From Azolla caroliniana (taxonomy: Eukaryota; Plantae; Polypodiophyta), in contig JBHGNT010000001.1 of NCBI GenBank assembly GCA_043228905.1, forward strand, positions 28,768,001 through 28,832,000: a stretch of 64,000 bases of DNA, in the 5' to 3' direction. Position 1 is the first letter of the stretch; every line of letters begins with the position of its first letter. Below are positions 1 through 11,600 of the stretch, in pieces. Position numbers and translations under genes: made by a program. The notes under the pieces were generated by a model, which saw only the letters and a program-made list of their open reading frames with translations, ran no database searches and was not told where the DNA came from.

Positions 1-1221
1 CCAGAGCAGCGGCTCTTGGCACCCAATCCGAGTGGTGGCACAGATTGATAACATCTGGAAGACAGACCCGGATGTTGCTAAGGTGGAAACCCATTGGAGG
101 CTAAGGGTATACGGTTGTCGCCCCCTTGTCGATCTGGATTGGGACCCCGGGGATTTCAGATGGAAACATGACGATAGACTCCACCACTTCTTCGATTACA
201 CCACTAAATTGGGTCGGACTTTGCAGTTGCAGCCAGGCGGCCCCCTTCACAACGGCTGGCGAACATTGGGCATCCCCGATGAGGTGCTCACTGCCTTCTG
301 GAAGGGTCTTTGGCATCTCCACATGCCTGAAAAGATTAAGCTCTTTTGGTGGCAAATTGGTCATAATATGGTGCCCGTTGGCGAATGGTTAGATAAACGT
401 GGCGGCCCGTTAGGCTGCCCACTGTGCTCTCTACCTATTGAGTCTCTGAGACATTGTTTGTGGGATTGCCCTCAAGCTCAAAAGGTATGGGATAGAGTGA
501 CTCGCCTCCTTGTGGCATGTGAAGTTGAAGGAACAGCCTCGTGGAGCGCTGCGGCATGGATTGATCACTCGGTCGAAGGGTGGACGAACGCCGTCAATGC
601 GGATAGTTGGTGCTATGTATGCACGAGAGGCAAAATCGTCAAGATCCGTTTTGAAAGAGGCTTGCAACCCGCATCCCCTAGGTTTCCGGAAATCTGGATG
701 TTGATCGCAGGTTTCACCTTGTGGTATATATGGAAAGCGCGTTGCCTCAAGGTCTTCCAAGGTACGGTACGGCCCCCGGAGGAAATGATCATGGACATAT
801 GGTTCGCGCTTATTAGCTGCCTACGAGGGCAACTGGAAGAGGTTTGCAGCCACTCCAACGACGTGACCACTGCCCGTTTGCGCTTTTGGCAGAAATGGCG
901 GAACACACCTATGGTGATGCAAGGCGGGAGTGGCCCGAGGTGGAACTACCAGCCCCCACGTTGGTTGTTTCCTACTCACCTGCCACCCTCTCTTCGGTGT
1001 AGGCCCCAAGAGCCGACTCGTATTAGGCAACATTGAAGGGCATCGCCTTGGATACAGGTAGCTTCTTACATTAAGTTAGGCCGCAAGGCAATGTAAGTGG
1101 CTCATCTTCTTTGGCTTGATCAGAGGAAGTCTCCCCGATGTGTGTATAAGTCTCCTTATAGACTCTATGTAATAATCCTTCCTAACTAATGGGAAAGTAG
1201 CTTTACTTTGGAAAAAAAAAA
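1..1221 (+). mobile_element. 3' end of an L1-like LINE retrotransposon (ORF2 C-terminus, 3' UTR, poly(A)); 5' part lies outside the window
   Basis: ORF 32-1036 has a zf-RVT motif (KIKLFWWQIGHNMVPVG...CPLC...ESLRHCLWDC) followed by LWYIWKARC..VF. An A10 tail is at 1212-1221. The sequence is GC/CpG-rich compared with its flank. Confidence 0.88.
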
Positions 1222-1838
1222 GTTTAACCCCTCTTAAGAAGAATTTTCTTTCTTGAAAACAAACTTGTGGTATAGTTTAAACAACACAATATTGTACACG
1301 TATACTTCGTGACTCTTGAGACGAGCATGCCATTTGAATAAAGCTTGGCAAATCATGATAGGGGTCAACGAGTTCTCTTGTTTGAAAAATCTAGAATATT
1401 TTATTATCCATGTGATATGGAGGACACTTTGATATATGTAAAGACATTTTCGTTCATGACTTATATATTGTCATATTCTATGAAGCTTGCTTTTGTGAAA
1501 AATAGGATTACACAAGTTTTCCCTCTTGAGATTTTAATGGGTAACTCGCCATGGGACACTAATCCTAGGGTATCCAAAACTTACTGTGAAACACATATTC
1601 CAAAAGATAACTAGAATTGAGGATGAGCGTGTGTCAAGGGCACTCATTTACTCATTGTAAGCCGTCATTTTAAAAAAGAGACGACCTTCTACAATGGTAA
1701 GCACACCAAGCATACAATGCAAAGTATGCTGATGTCACTTTTGAATAAACCATTGAATTTTATTAGTATTGCAACCTAGACCTTTCCCACAAAATGTAGG
1801 TGCCTTGATATTCTTCATAACAATTGCCGCCTCCACAC

Positions 1839-2183
1839 TAGGGATCGGCAACGGCTCGGCTCAAGCCTAAACCGTTTGGCTTAGCCGGCTTAAAGCGGCT
1901 TAGCGGCTCGGCTCGGCTCGGTTTAAGCTTGAACTTGCCTTAACGGTTTGAGCTCGGCTCAAGCCGTCTAAGCCGTTTAGAAACGAGAGAGAGAGAGAAA
2001 GAGAGGGAGGGAGGGAGACAACAGACAAGGGGGGGGGGGGGGGGGGGGGGGGGGGGGAGAGAGAGAGAGAGAGGTTTCCAAACCGGTTCAGGTTTGAGAT
2101 CCCCAAAACGATTTAGGCTTAGCCGGTTTGGTTTGGATCATGCCAAACCGGCTACGCCTAAACCGAACCGTTGTTGATCCCTA
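1839..2183. mobile_element. Non-autonomous hAT-type element (MITE), 345 bp
   Basis: Imperfect ~23-bp TIRs: TAGGGATCGGCAACGGCTCGGCT and, reverse-complemented, TAGGGATCAACAACGGTTCGGTT. Perfect 8-bp TSD CTCCACAC at 1831-1838 and 2184-2191. Many subterminal AACCG/CGGTT/CGGCT motifs and an internal (GA)n plus G29 tract. Confidence 0.9.
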
Positions 2184-3191
2184 CTCCACACCCAAAAAAA
2201 CAAAACAAACAAAAAGCTAGCACCTTTGAAAACAATAGGGGTAGGGCTAGGAAGCCACCTAACAATAGGAAATTGCACGGATTGAGATCCTCCCTCTCTT
2301 CATTACGAAGAACTGGCAGATTCAGGTGACAATTATCCAGTTGAACCTAGAAATCCTTGTTCCAATAAACACAATGATAATCGTAAGGGTCAAGGTCACC
2401 CTGCCCTCCGAAAACTATTAACTAATTGATAATGTGTTCAAGGAAAACATTTGGATATGAATTCCCGAAACTTGGCTTAAAATCAATGGATTCCATTTTA
2501 GGTGGCTCGTGTGCAATTTGAGCATTGTGGTTGGATTTCTTAAACCCATTGCGTCCACTTTTTGTATGATGAGAATATACAAATGACTTAAGTATATAGG
2601 ACCGTGAAATTGATTTTGTTGGGTGAATCATTGTTTGAGTTAAAAACCTTCACAATATCATTCTATTTCTTCTAGTCCATTGTATCAAGAGTCAAATTTC
2701 AACTTTTCCATCCCTTGTTCAGACTCATACATAGTTTCATATGGTATGAGAACCAACGTATCCACAACATCAGTGCTTTTTTTTATTATAAAAGATTCAC
2801 CTCGGTATTAATGAAAAGATGCCCAAAGGCTACAAAGAACTCATTAGGAAAACATAAGCATCATACTCTCATCAACCAACATGTCGAATAGCAATATGAG
2901 TGCTTTATTAAACCAATTACATGATAAATAGTGTTGGGATAGACACGAATATTGGGTGAACAATCAAACGCAACATCCACTTGTCTACGTACAAACCATA
3001 TTGACAAGCATGGCAACAACTGTGCTCATTCATCTTAATGTACATAGTAGTGAGAAGATTAGTAACAACAAGGACGCAAAGTGACTTGTGGCAATCCACA
3101 ATCTAACAACCAAAAGAGCAAAACATTTAAAGGTTTTAACTAATGGAGTATATTCTTTTTTGGTAAAAAAACATTTAAAGGTTATCATGTT

Positions 3192-3387
3192 AATTGACAA
3201 TGATGTCAACTAAATTGACAAACAACATCACCAACTAGCACAAGCAACAAGGCCAATGAATGATGTTAATGTCTAGTATCTCATAACAAAATTGACAATG
3301 ATGTCTACTAAATTGACAAACAACATCACCAACTAGCACAAGCAACAAGGCAAATGAATGATGTTAATGTCTAGTATCTCATAACAA
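3192..3387. repeat. Tandem duplication, 2 x 98 bp
   Basis: AATTGACAATGATGTC...TCTCATAACAA occurs at 3192-3289 and 3290-3387 with about 2 mismatches. Confidence 0.92.
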
Positions 3388-5539
3388 TGAGCAACGTTGA
3401 TGGTTAGCAAGTGATGATGGCAATTGGCCAAGATATTTAGAGAAAATAGTAGGGTAATAAAAAATGTCTCATTTATGTTTGAGTCTAAAATTCAAAATGA
3501 AACTATTTTATGGTAATTTTGTAACCTAGCCATAGGAACACGTCACTTAATTCACCTCGACTTGGCAATATATAATCATCTTCTCGCCCTCTTCCTCGTG
3601 TTTGAATCGTCATAGGTTTCACACCTAGAAGGTATACATTGATCCTTACATATGTATATTTATCATTTTGGAACTACCACAGTCTTCACATTTCGTCATT
3701 TTCTAATCATGTTTTATACTTTTTACTCTTATTTGTCTTTTTATATCCACATTCTGAAAAGAACTTATTGGAAAGATAAAATAATAATACATTTCAGGTG
3801 CTTTTGTCATTTGAAATAGCTAATTGGCTTTTTTGTGCAATATCGTTGTTGTTGGTTAGCTTCACACACTTGGAAGTTGGGATCTCTAAAAAGAAAAATC
3901 CAAGATATGGCATAAAGTGGTGCATAAAGTGCTCTTCTCAAGAACACAACAATCTCAATATTATGATGAACATTTCATAATTTGCATGATTGCTAATGAA
4001 TGATCCTAACTATGGAATCGTTGAGTTCCATATGGAGAAATATTCATTGAATCATGAAAATAGATGAACATGCCAATAGCATATTAGGTGCTAAAGGTAA
4101 GGTTATTTAGCATTGCCTTTAATTTTATCATAAACAAGTAAAACGCATAAACTTGATGGCATAGTGCTAGGCCATATGCATCATAAACTTAAGGTTATTG
4201 GTCAAGTCATAAAGGAATAGGCCGCATGTTACGCTCGTACGTACTTCAACTTTGAGATCATTATACTACCCCTTTTTCTCAATAAAAAATATTCTTTATA
4301 AACTTTTTTAACTTTTAGGTCACTACACTAGCACATTGAGTTCTTAAACTTTATGCACATTGCTAAGCAAGTCATAGCGTGTTGAAGTACAATTCTAAAA
4401 GTAGTGCCTTTATAGGTTGTATTAATTGACTTTAGACTTGGCCACAAATTATTGCTCACAATTTCATAAGGGTATAAAATACAATATTGTCTAAGTCAAA
4501 TTTCAAATTTCAAATAAGTTGTGCTAACTTAAGGTTTGTGGTTATAACTTAGGTTCGTAGAGGTCAATTTTTAGAACGAGCATCATGCATTTGCTTATGA
4601 AAATAGGGCTTTACAACATTCACATTTTACACATTTTCTATAATATGGCTTTATAACATTCCTAATTGACTCATTTTCTATCATATGAATAGGAAAATCA
4701 TATTTACAAGTCGGTGCTAAAAACATTTATGGCTTTAAGACATACACAGTAACACTTTCCTACTAAACAATGGCTTTCCAATTTTATTTTGCACTACAAC
4801 CCAAATGTTGCCAATGATATTGTCACCTATTAAAACATAATGCTAAAAAGTAGATAATATTGGAATATAAATAGATTAAGTGTATCCTCTCATACATTGT
4901 TAATGATATGCCACCAACGTTGATTGAAACCCTCAAAGCCCATCATCCATATTAACAAGGCTCGAGACTTATGAGAAAAGTCTTCAAAGTTTCACCATAT
5001 TGTTGAATATAACCTCTTGCATTTACATATGATTGTAAGGTAGACTCTACTAATTAGTTGCCTTAATGCATATTATGCATTCGCGTGTGCACAAACTATT
5101 TTTTGTTTGTTGAGTTTGTAACCTCATACATTGATCCACCATTGTCAAAGAAATTTCTATATAGATGTTTTTGTGGGTGTTCCTCTTGATAGATTCTACT
5201 AATGTTTAGTAGTTACAAGTTGTTGATTTGATTAATCACTTTTGTTTATCTATATGCTTGACCTAGGCTACCCAAATCACAAGTATTATCGTGATATTCA
5301 TTGACCCTTGGTAGTTGCACTTCGTATCCAAAGATCTCCCTTGCAACGCTTAGTTGAGTTCACCTTTGTGTTGTCAAGCATTAAATTCGTGAGGTTGATG
5401 ATCTCATATGACATTGGTCCCTTACTAGTTATACATTTTCAAATGAGTGTGACCATAAACTTCCAAGCTTTTTATGTCTTGTGGCAAGACATCTTGTGAT
5501 TTATTTGAAGATATACTTGAGCAATAACTTTTAGTTTTC

Positions 5540-6200
5540 ATCTTGGATAAACCACATTCAACTACGCGAAAAAAATGTGGACAATTGTATCACTCGTGAA
5601 AGAATTAAAGTGATGACATGCAAATTTGTGTCTCAACCAACAATATTTTCTCACATGTGGAAATGGTATGAGGACGAGAGGCATTCATTATCGCATTCTA
5701 GATAGACCAATGGGAGGAACCAATAGAGATCGTTTGGATGTCACGCCATGCAAATTTACTTTAACACATTTTTTAATGGTAGTAAATACTTTTAACATTT
5801 TAAAGAACTAATTGGACAATTCTAGAGACTACACAAGGGCTTAACAATGTTGTGTATTTATCCTTCTTTGTCCACATATTTCCATCTCTTTGTGCTCTAA
5901 TTCACTTGTGTGAAGTGATGGATAGTCACGGTGATAGAGATCAATGTAGCCTTGTGCAACATTCTTAAACGGTGGATGCAATAAATGTAACATCATATGA
6001 AGTTGGATGACATCATGACCATGGACATGATAGCGTAAATTAGTTGAAAACAATATTGCGGTATAGAGTGGGCATCAATCTCAATAAGCAATTTGAAGAA
6101 AAATTAGATGAACTTTAGGCATGCATCAATGATGCAAAAGATGTCTTAAAGACCATGTGTTGCCATAGAACCACTATGCTAATTTGTCAATAAACTTAGG
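5540..6200 (+). pseudogene. Possible heavily decayed hAT transposase C-terminal remnant
   Basis: Frameshifted, stop-riddled fragments (ILDR-WEE...YFN near 5695-5765; SISNLKKN*MNFRH near 6080-6125) loosely resemble the hAT 'RW..Q...LH.A.YLNP' and 'S.S.CERNWS.F.H' motifs. The match is weak. Confidence 0.25.
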
Positions 6201-7569
6201 GAGAAGGATGAACATGATGCACAAAGGCCAATAGTTCGGTCTTCAACGATGCAAACATGTGTTGTTTTGCAACGATGTGGATAAAATCCTTTCACTTCAT
6301 AGGATATGGAGGCTATAAATGAGAACCATTGTCGTGATGAGAATGACACTTTCCCTCATGATTCCAATGATCATTTGTTCACTCGGGTCCCATGTAGTGG
6401 TATATTTTAGTTTGCCCAAAATGTTTTTGTACTCCAAATACGTAGCCAGGTGTGACTCTCCATGTTTTGATATATACAATCATGAAATTGTTTTACGCCA
6501 ATGTTTGTGTAGTGCATCAAGATTTGCATGTTTTATGTTCTAACCCAAGTAATTTTGGAAATTTATGAGTAAACAAACCCATGTATTTATTGGTCATACA
6601 TGGAGTGTTGGCTCATATGAGTAATTAGATTTAATGAATGTGGTTGCATTGTTCATGATAGAACGATACTCAACCTTTTTTCGTCTCTTTGATTTATTGA
6701 TCTCAAACCTTTAACCTTGATCACAAAACCATTTGAATCTCATCAACCCCTGCCCCTTTACACGCGACTCATACCTTGTGGGATTCATATTGTTTGGAGG
6801 GCTCCATGTGTCATTTCATGACCAAACTTAACCACCTCACACAATTTGAAGTTCATGGTGGCACATTTCTGATGTTGAGTATACAAAGAAGCAAGAATCC
6901 ATGTGGCAAGTTTAAGAAGAAATGATATGCATCTCCGGTGATTGGATTTCAAGAGCAAATGTGTGCAAGCAAATATGTATATTTGAGTATTGTTTTAATG
7001 TTTCTTTAAGATTCCACATCAAAATCTTAAAAAAAACGGCTCTTTGTGGTTGTGAAAAACTTTATAAGATTTCATGTGTTTATGCTCTTCAAATGATATG
7101 ATTTGTTTCCTTAGAGGGCTCATTTGCATTTCCTTAGGATCATCACGTTCAAAACCATTGTATTAGACACTTTGGATATGTACATTCACCCCATCTTGTT
7201 GATGTTCATGCATAAGTAGGTACTTTACAATCATATCCCAACTTTTATGGTACTCCTATGACACTCCAATTTTGGTCTTCTTGACCATCATAATAGGGTT
7301 CTACTCAACAATGCAATAACTAGAGAGTGTGAGTTGACAAGATGTTCCATTCTCGGAACCTCGCAAGCAGGCATCGAATTTCCACCAAAAAAAAGAAACA
7401 AAGAAAAGCCAAATGAGCCAACACCATGCATTAAACATGGTTGTTGCTAGATTGGATTTTGGTTTAAGATGAGTGGACAGGTTGATGAGAGAAGTGATAC
7501 ATGAGATAGCAAAAAAAACAAAACATGAGAGAAGTGAGACATGAATGCTCGAAGACAACAACGAGATTT

Positions 7570-8377
7570 CTTCGTCTTCTTCTTCTTCTTCTTCTTCTTT
7601 TGCTTTACCCCCACCACTCAAGCGAATGACCCATCTCATCATTTTGTTTGCATTTCCATCCTTTTTTTTGCTTACGGGTCGACATCATGGGATATGGGCT
7701 ACTCCTCTCCTCTCCATGCCACCATCCAAGACTCTCTCTCTCTCTCTCTCTCTCTCTTACTTCTCTCTCTCTTTCTGGCCAAGTCTAGGCAATGTCATGA
7801 TAGGAGGTGAGAGAAGGTGAACTCACCCCTTGCCGCACCTCTATGAATTGTCTCCCACCACCACCAAGCTCTAGTTCTCTCTCTCTCATACACACACACA
7901 CACACACACCCCTACACACACTCTCTCACATACACTACCCAAACACTCTCTCTCTCACACACACACACCCCTACACACTCTCACATACACTACACAACAC
8001 ACACACTCTCTCACACACACACACACACACACTCTCTCTCTCTCTCTCTCACACACACACAATACACAACACACACTCTCTCGCACATACACACACAACA
8101 CACACTCTGTGTGTGTGTGTGTGTGTGTCTATTTCTCTTTCTCGTGTTCTGCCTGCCTGGCCTGCGGACAAGAAGTACTCCTACTCTCTCTGTCGTAGCA
8201 AAGTAAGCTACACACACACACACACTCTCTCTCTCTCTCTCTTTCTATCTCTACCCCTCCATTCTCTCTCTCTCTCTTCTCTGTCCACACACATCCCCCC
8301 TCCCCTCTCTGCACAGACAAGATTCTCTCTCTCTCTCTCTCTCTCTCTCTCCACCCCCCCCCCCCCCCCCCCGCCCC
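7570..8377. repeat. Microsatellite field: (TCT)n, (CT)n, (CA)n, (GT)n and a C19 run upstream of the CIP7-like gene
   Basis: Directly visible simple repeats; the C-run is at 8354-8372. Confidence 0.95.
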
Positions 8378-8613
8378 TAGGACCTGATCCCTCCACAATT
8401 TCTTTACTCGGACAGATCGATCCTCTTGCTCTTCCTTCCTTCCCGAGAATATTCATTCCCCTTCCCTCCTTTCCTTTGTTGGAAACTCCACACCACCATT
8501 GCTTCTCTCTCACACGAGCTTTCTACTTCTTATGCTGCCCCAGAGCAACGGAAAGCTGCACGATCTGCCCACACTATCTGTATATCTAATCATTTCCTGG
8601 CTCGACGACAACC

Positions 8614-11600
8614 ATGATGAAGAGTGACACTCCACTAGATTATGCTGAGATTCTTATCTCCCAATCTCGCACCAGGCAAGTTCTCTGGACCGTTCAACGC
8701 ACACATGCCACATGTTCTTCACTTCTTAGAATTGTGATCCTTTGGCCCTGTAATACAATATACCAGATTTTTTTATGTATACGGATCTTTTTGGTTTGAT
8801 CTAGGTGCGAGCTCTACATATGTGCCATGGATGATGGAGTGAGGGAGAAGCTAGCTTCTGCACACACCAAACCCTTTTTAGCACACTTAAGAGCTGCACA
8901 GTTGCAATTTGCAAGAGGAGAGTCAATCATCAGGTTGGAGCCACGCTCAAGTTCAAGAAGCAATTGTACATGGTTCACCAAAGCCACATTGGAGAGGTAC
9001 CAACCAATCTATCTAATAACACATCCCACATTTCTTTATTTAGTCTAATTCCACGTTTATCAACATCAATAACCTTCATCGGCACCATCTTAGTCACATG
9101 TAATTCAAGGCAAGTCTTACCATCTAGCTCCCAGAAATTCCCCCTTTTTAGTATTGCATGCTTACAAGGATCATGGACTTATTCAGAGGTGCCCATGTAT
9201 TATGTATCCAGCCACTCTATTAGATGCTTCACAGGGTGATCCATAAAGTCTAGGATGGCAACAGGCAGCAACTAATGGTTGGAATATGTTTTACATGCAA
9301 AGGTTCGTGCATTTTGTGAGCATGCCAGAGGTGTTGGAACGAGTTAAGAATGTAGGGGACGAACTCACTCAATTGGAACAGGTTCGGGTTGCTCTTTCCA
9401 GGACATTTTCGCAGGTATGAGCTTAAATAAATCTTTTATGCATCTAGTTTCTTTAGGTTTTGTGAGTTGATGGATCAAATTCTTTACTTGCAAGTCAGGA
9501 GGGAACAAAATTTGCACCTGCACCAGCTGCTATGATTTCGCCTGCAGGTGTGTACAATGAAATCTCTTTTAGACTGTATATAAATAATTGTGCATCTTGG
9601 CCCTTGGACTGTCTTTAACATAAATAATGATCAATATTTGTGAGCTTAATGATCCTTCATTCCTGATCATTAGACTTCATGAATACTAAAAATAAAGATC
9701 ATTGCTTTTGTGAGGTTGCGGGAGGAATGTACGGTTATCTGATTCTGTTTCAATCAAGGATCCAATAGAGTAAGGGTTCACAAAACCAGAAGACCAATGA
9801 TGCTGCTTCTTTAGATCTATCTCCATATTGCTCAATACCCCTGAAATGTTAAATGTATAAACTTGCCTGTTGACGCAAACCTCCTTATGTAGTGGCAAGA
9901 GATAATTTTGGAGAGTTCTTATCTTTGCGGTGTATTGCACAATAATTAAAGGCTCATTATGATCTGCATTGTGAGAATTCCAATTCCTAGCTATAGCTCT
10001 GCATTGTAAACAGAAACACATTTTATTACAAGGACTTGGATTGATAAAAATCCTGGCTACTAGTTGACAAATGTAAAGAAGAAGGCTGTTTTATCACTAG
10101 GGGCTTTGTTTTAATTGATTTATGTTGTGTCTGGCTGCAGATGTGTATCAGGAGGAGGGCAGCATGTTGATGGTATGAATAATTTGAATAACATACTTTT
10201 TTGATTGCCACAGTTTCAAAATGTTTTCTTTTCAGTTTTTACGTAGAGATAGGAAAGAACAAAAGAGAGGATGAGGAGGAAATCAACTTTATGTCCATGG
10301 AATGCATCTGGGACCAAGAGCTGGTACACCAAATCAATACAATCCACTAGGGAAAACCAAGGATTTGGTTACAGTTTTGACGATGATGTTGATAAGTCTT
10401 TGATGCCAAATAACTAGTGTTTCTTGAATGTAGCATTCAAGTAGGCTTAGGTTACAGAAATTACTCTTTCATTGCTGCCCTCAAAATAGACACTTCATTT
10501 TCCAGCATGTTGAGATTCATGCCTTCACTACTTCAACACTTTTGAAGTTTCCGGGGAGGGAGTCCGAGTTATCCAAAGCTTGGTACCATGTCACAACTTT
10601 GCTCATTGGAGAACACTCATCCTTCTTAGCATATATTGTTTCCCTCTCTTATTGATGAAACATACATTTCATAGGTCAATAAGAGAAAGGATCTTGCTGA
10701 GTCTCTTTATCAGAATATCCATGCTTATGACTTGCAAGGTATTCATCGATGATTTCTGGCTAACGCAACCTTCTGCATGTTCCTCGGAGACACGTAACAA
10801 TTCTGTTCATTTTTTTTTCTTCCTTGATATATTTCACATGGCCTCTTTGGTATGACTGTTCTTCATTTCTTCCTTGACTTATAATGAATTATGATGTGCC
10901 TTCATAAATATGCTCTAGGACTTCTTGAACAAAAAAAGAGAAGACAGTCTACTTTGTATTTAGATGGGTCCTAGCTTATTGTCCTGTGCAGCTTCTATTG
11001 TGACCAAGAGGAACTATAAGCTCAAGCTTCGACTCAGTAATGGTCCAATTGCTGTGGTGAGAGCACATACATAAGATTGCGTACACATGGTTACTAAGTC
11101 AGACGACCCCATCTTTCATGATCTCAAGCTTTGATGCAATAATGGTTTTGTCAGTGTAGTGAGTATGGATATAAGACTTCGTGTTGACGGAGACGAGTCT
11201 ATTTGCATCAATGGCGGTGATGAAAGTATTTTCTTTTCTTGCAGTATGGATAGTTCTTTTTGTCAGTGTAGTGAGAGTATGAATATAAGACTTCTTGTCG
11301 ATGAAGGCAAGTTTATTTGCATCAATGCCTGTCATACCATAAGAAAATGATAATTTCAGCTTCATAGTGGCTTGCTGTTGATATTGCTCAGTCATTTAAA
11401 TGCTTAGAACCTATCATGGTTCAACACTTAGTGCTCTCCTGGTAATGAAGCTTGAAATAGATCAAGTGGCAATTGCCAGAGTGCAGACAATACAGTAATT
11501 CCCAACCATTAGAGATGATCATATCCTCATCACTCTTGAATCAGGATTAAAAAGAAACTCTCAAGTCTATATTAAAAAGAAACTCTGGATTCTATGTGGA

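Noticed and set aside
7301-8617. Several ORFs up to 260 aa (HTHT/SLSL/ERER-rich)
   Set aside because: These are translations of microsatellites that lack stop codons; there is no domain content.
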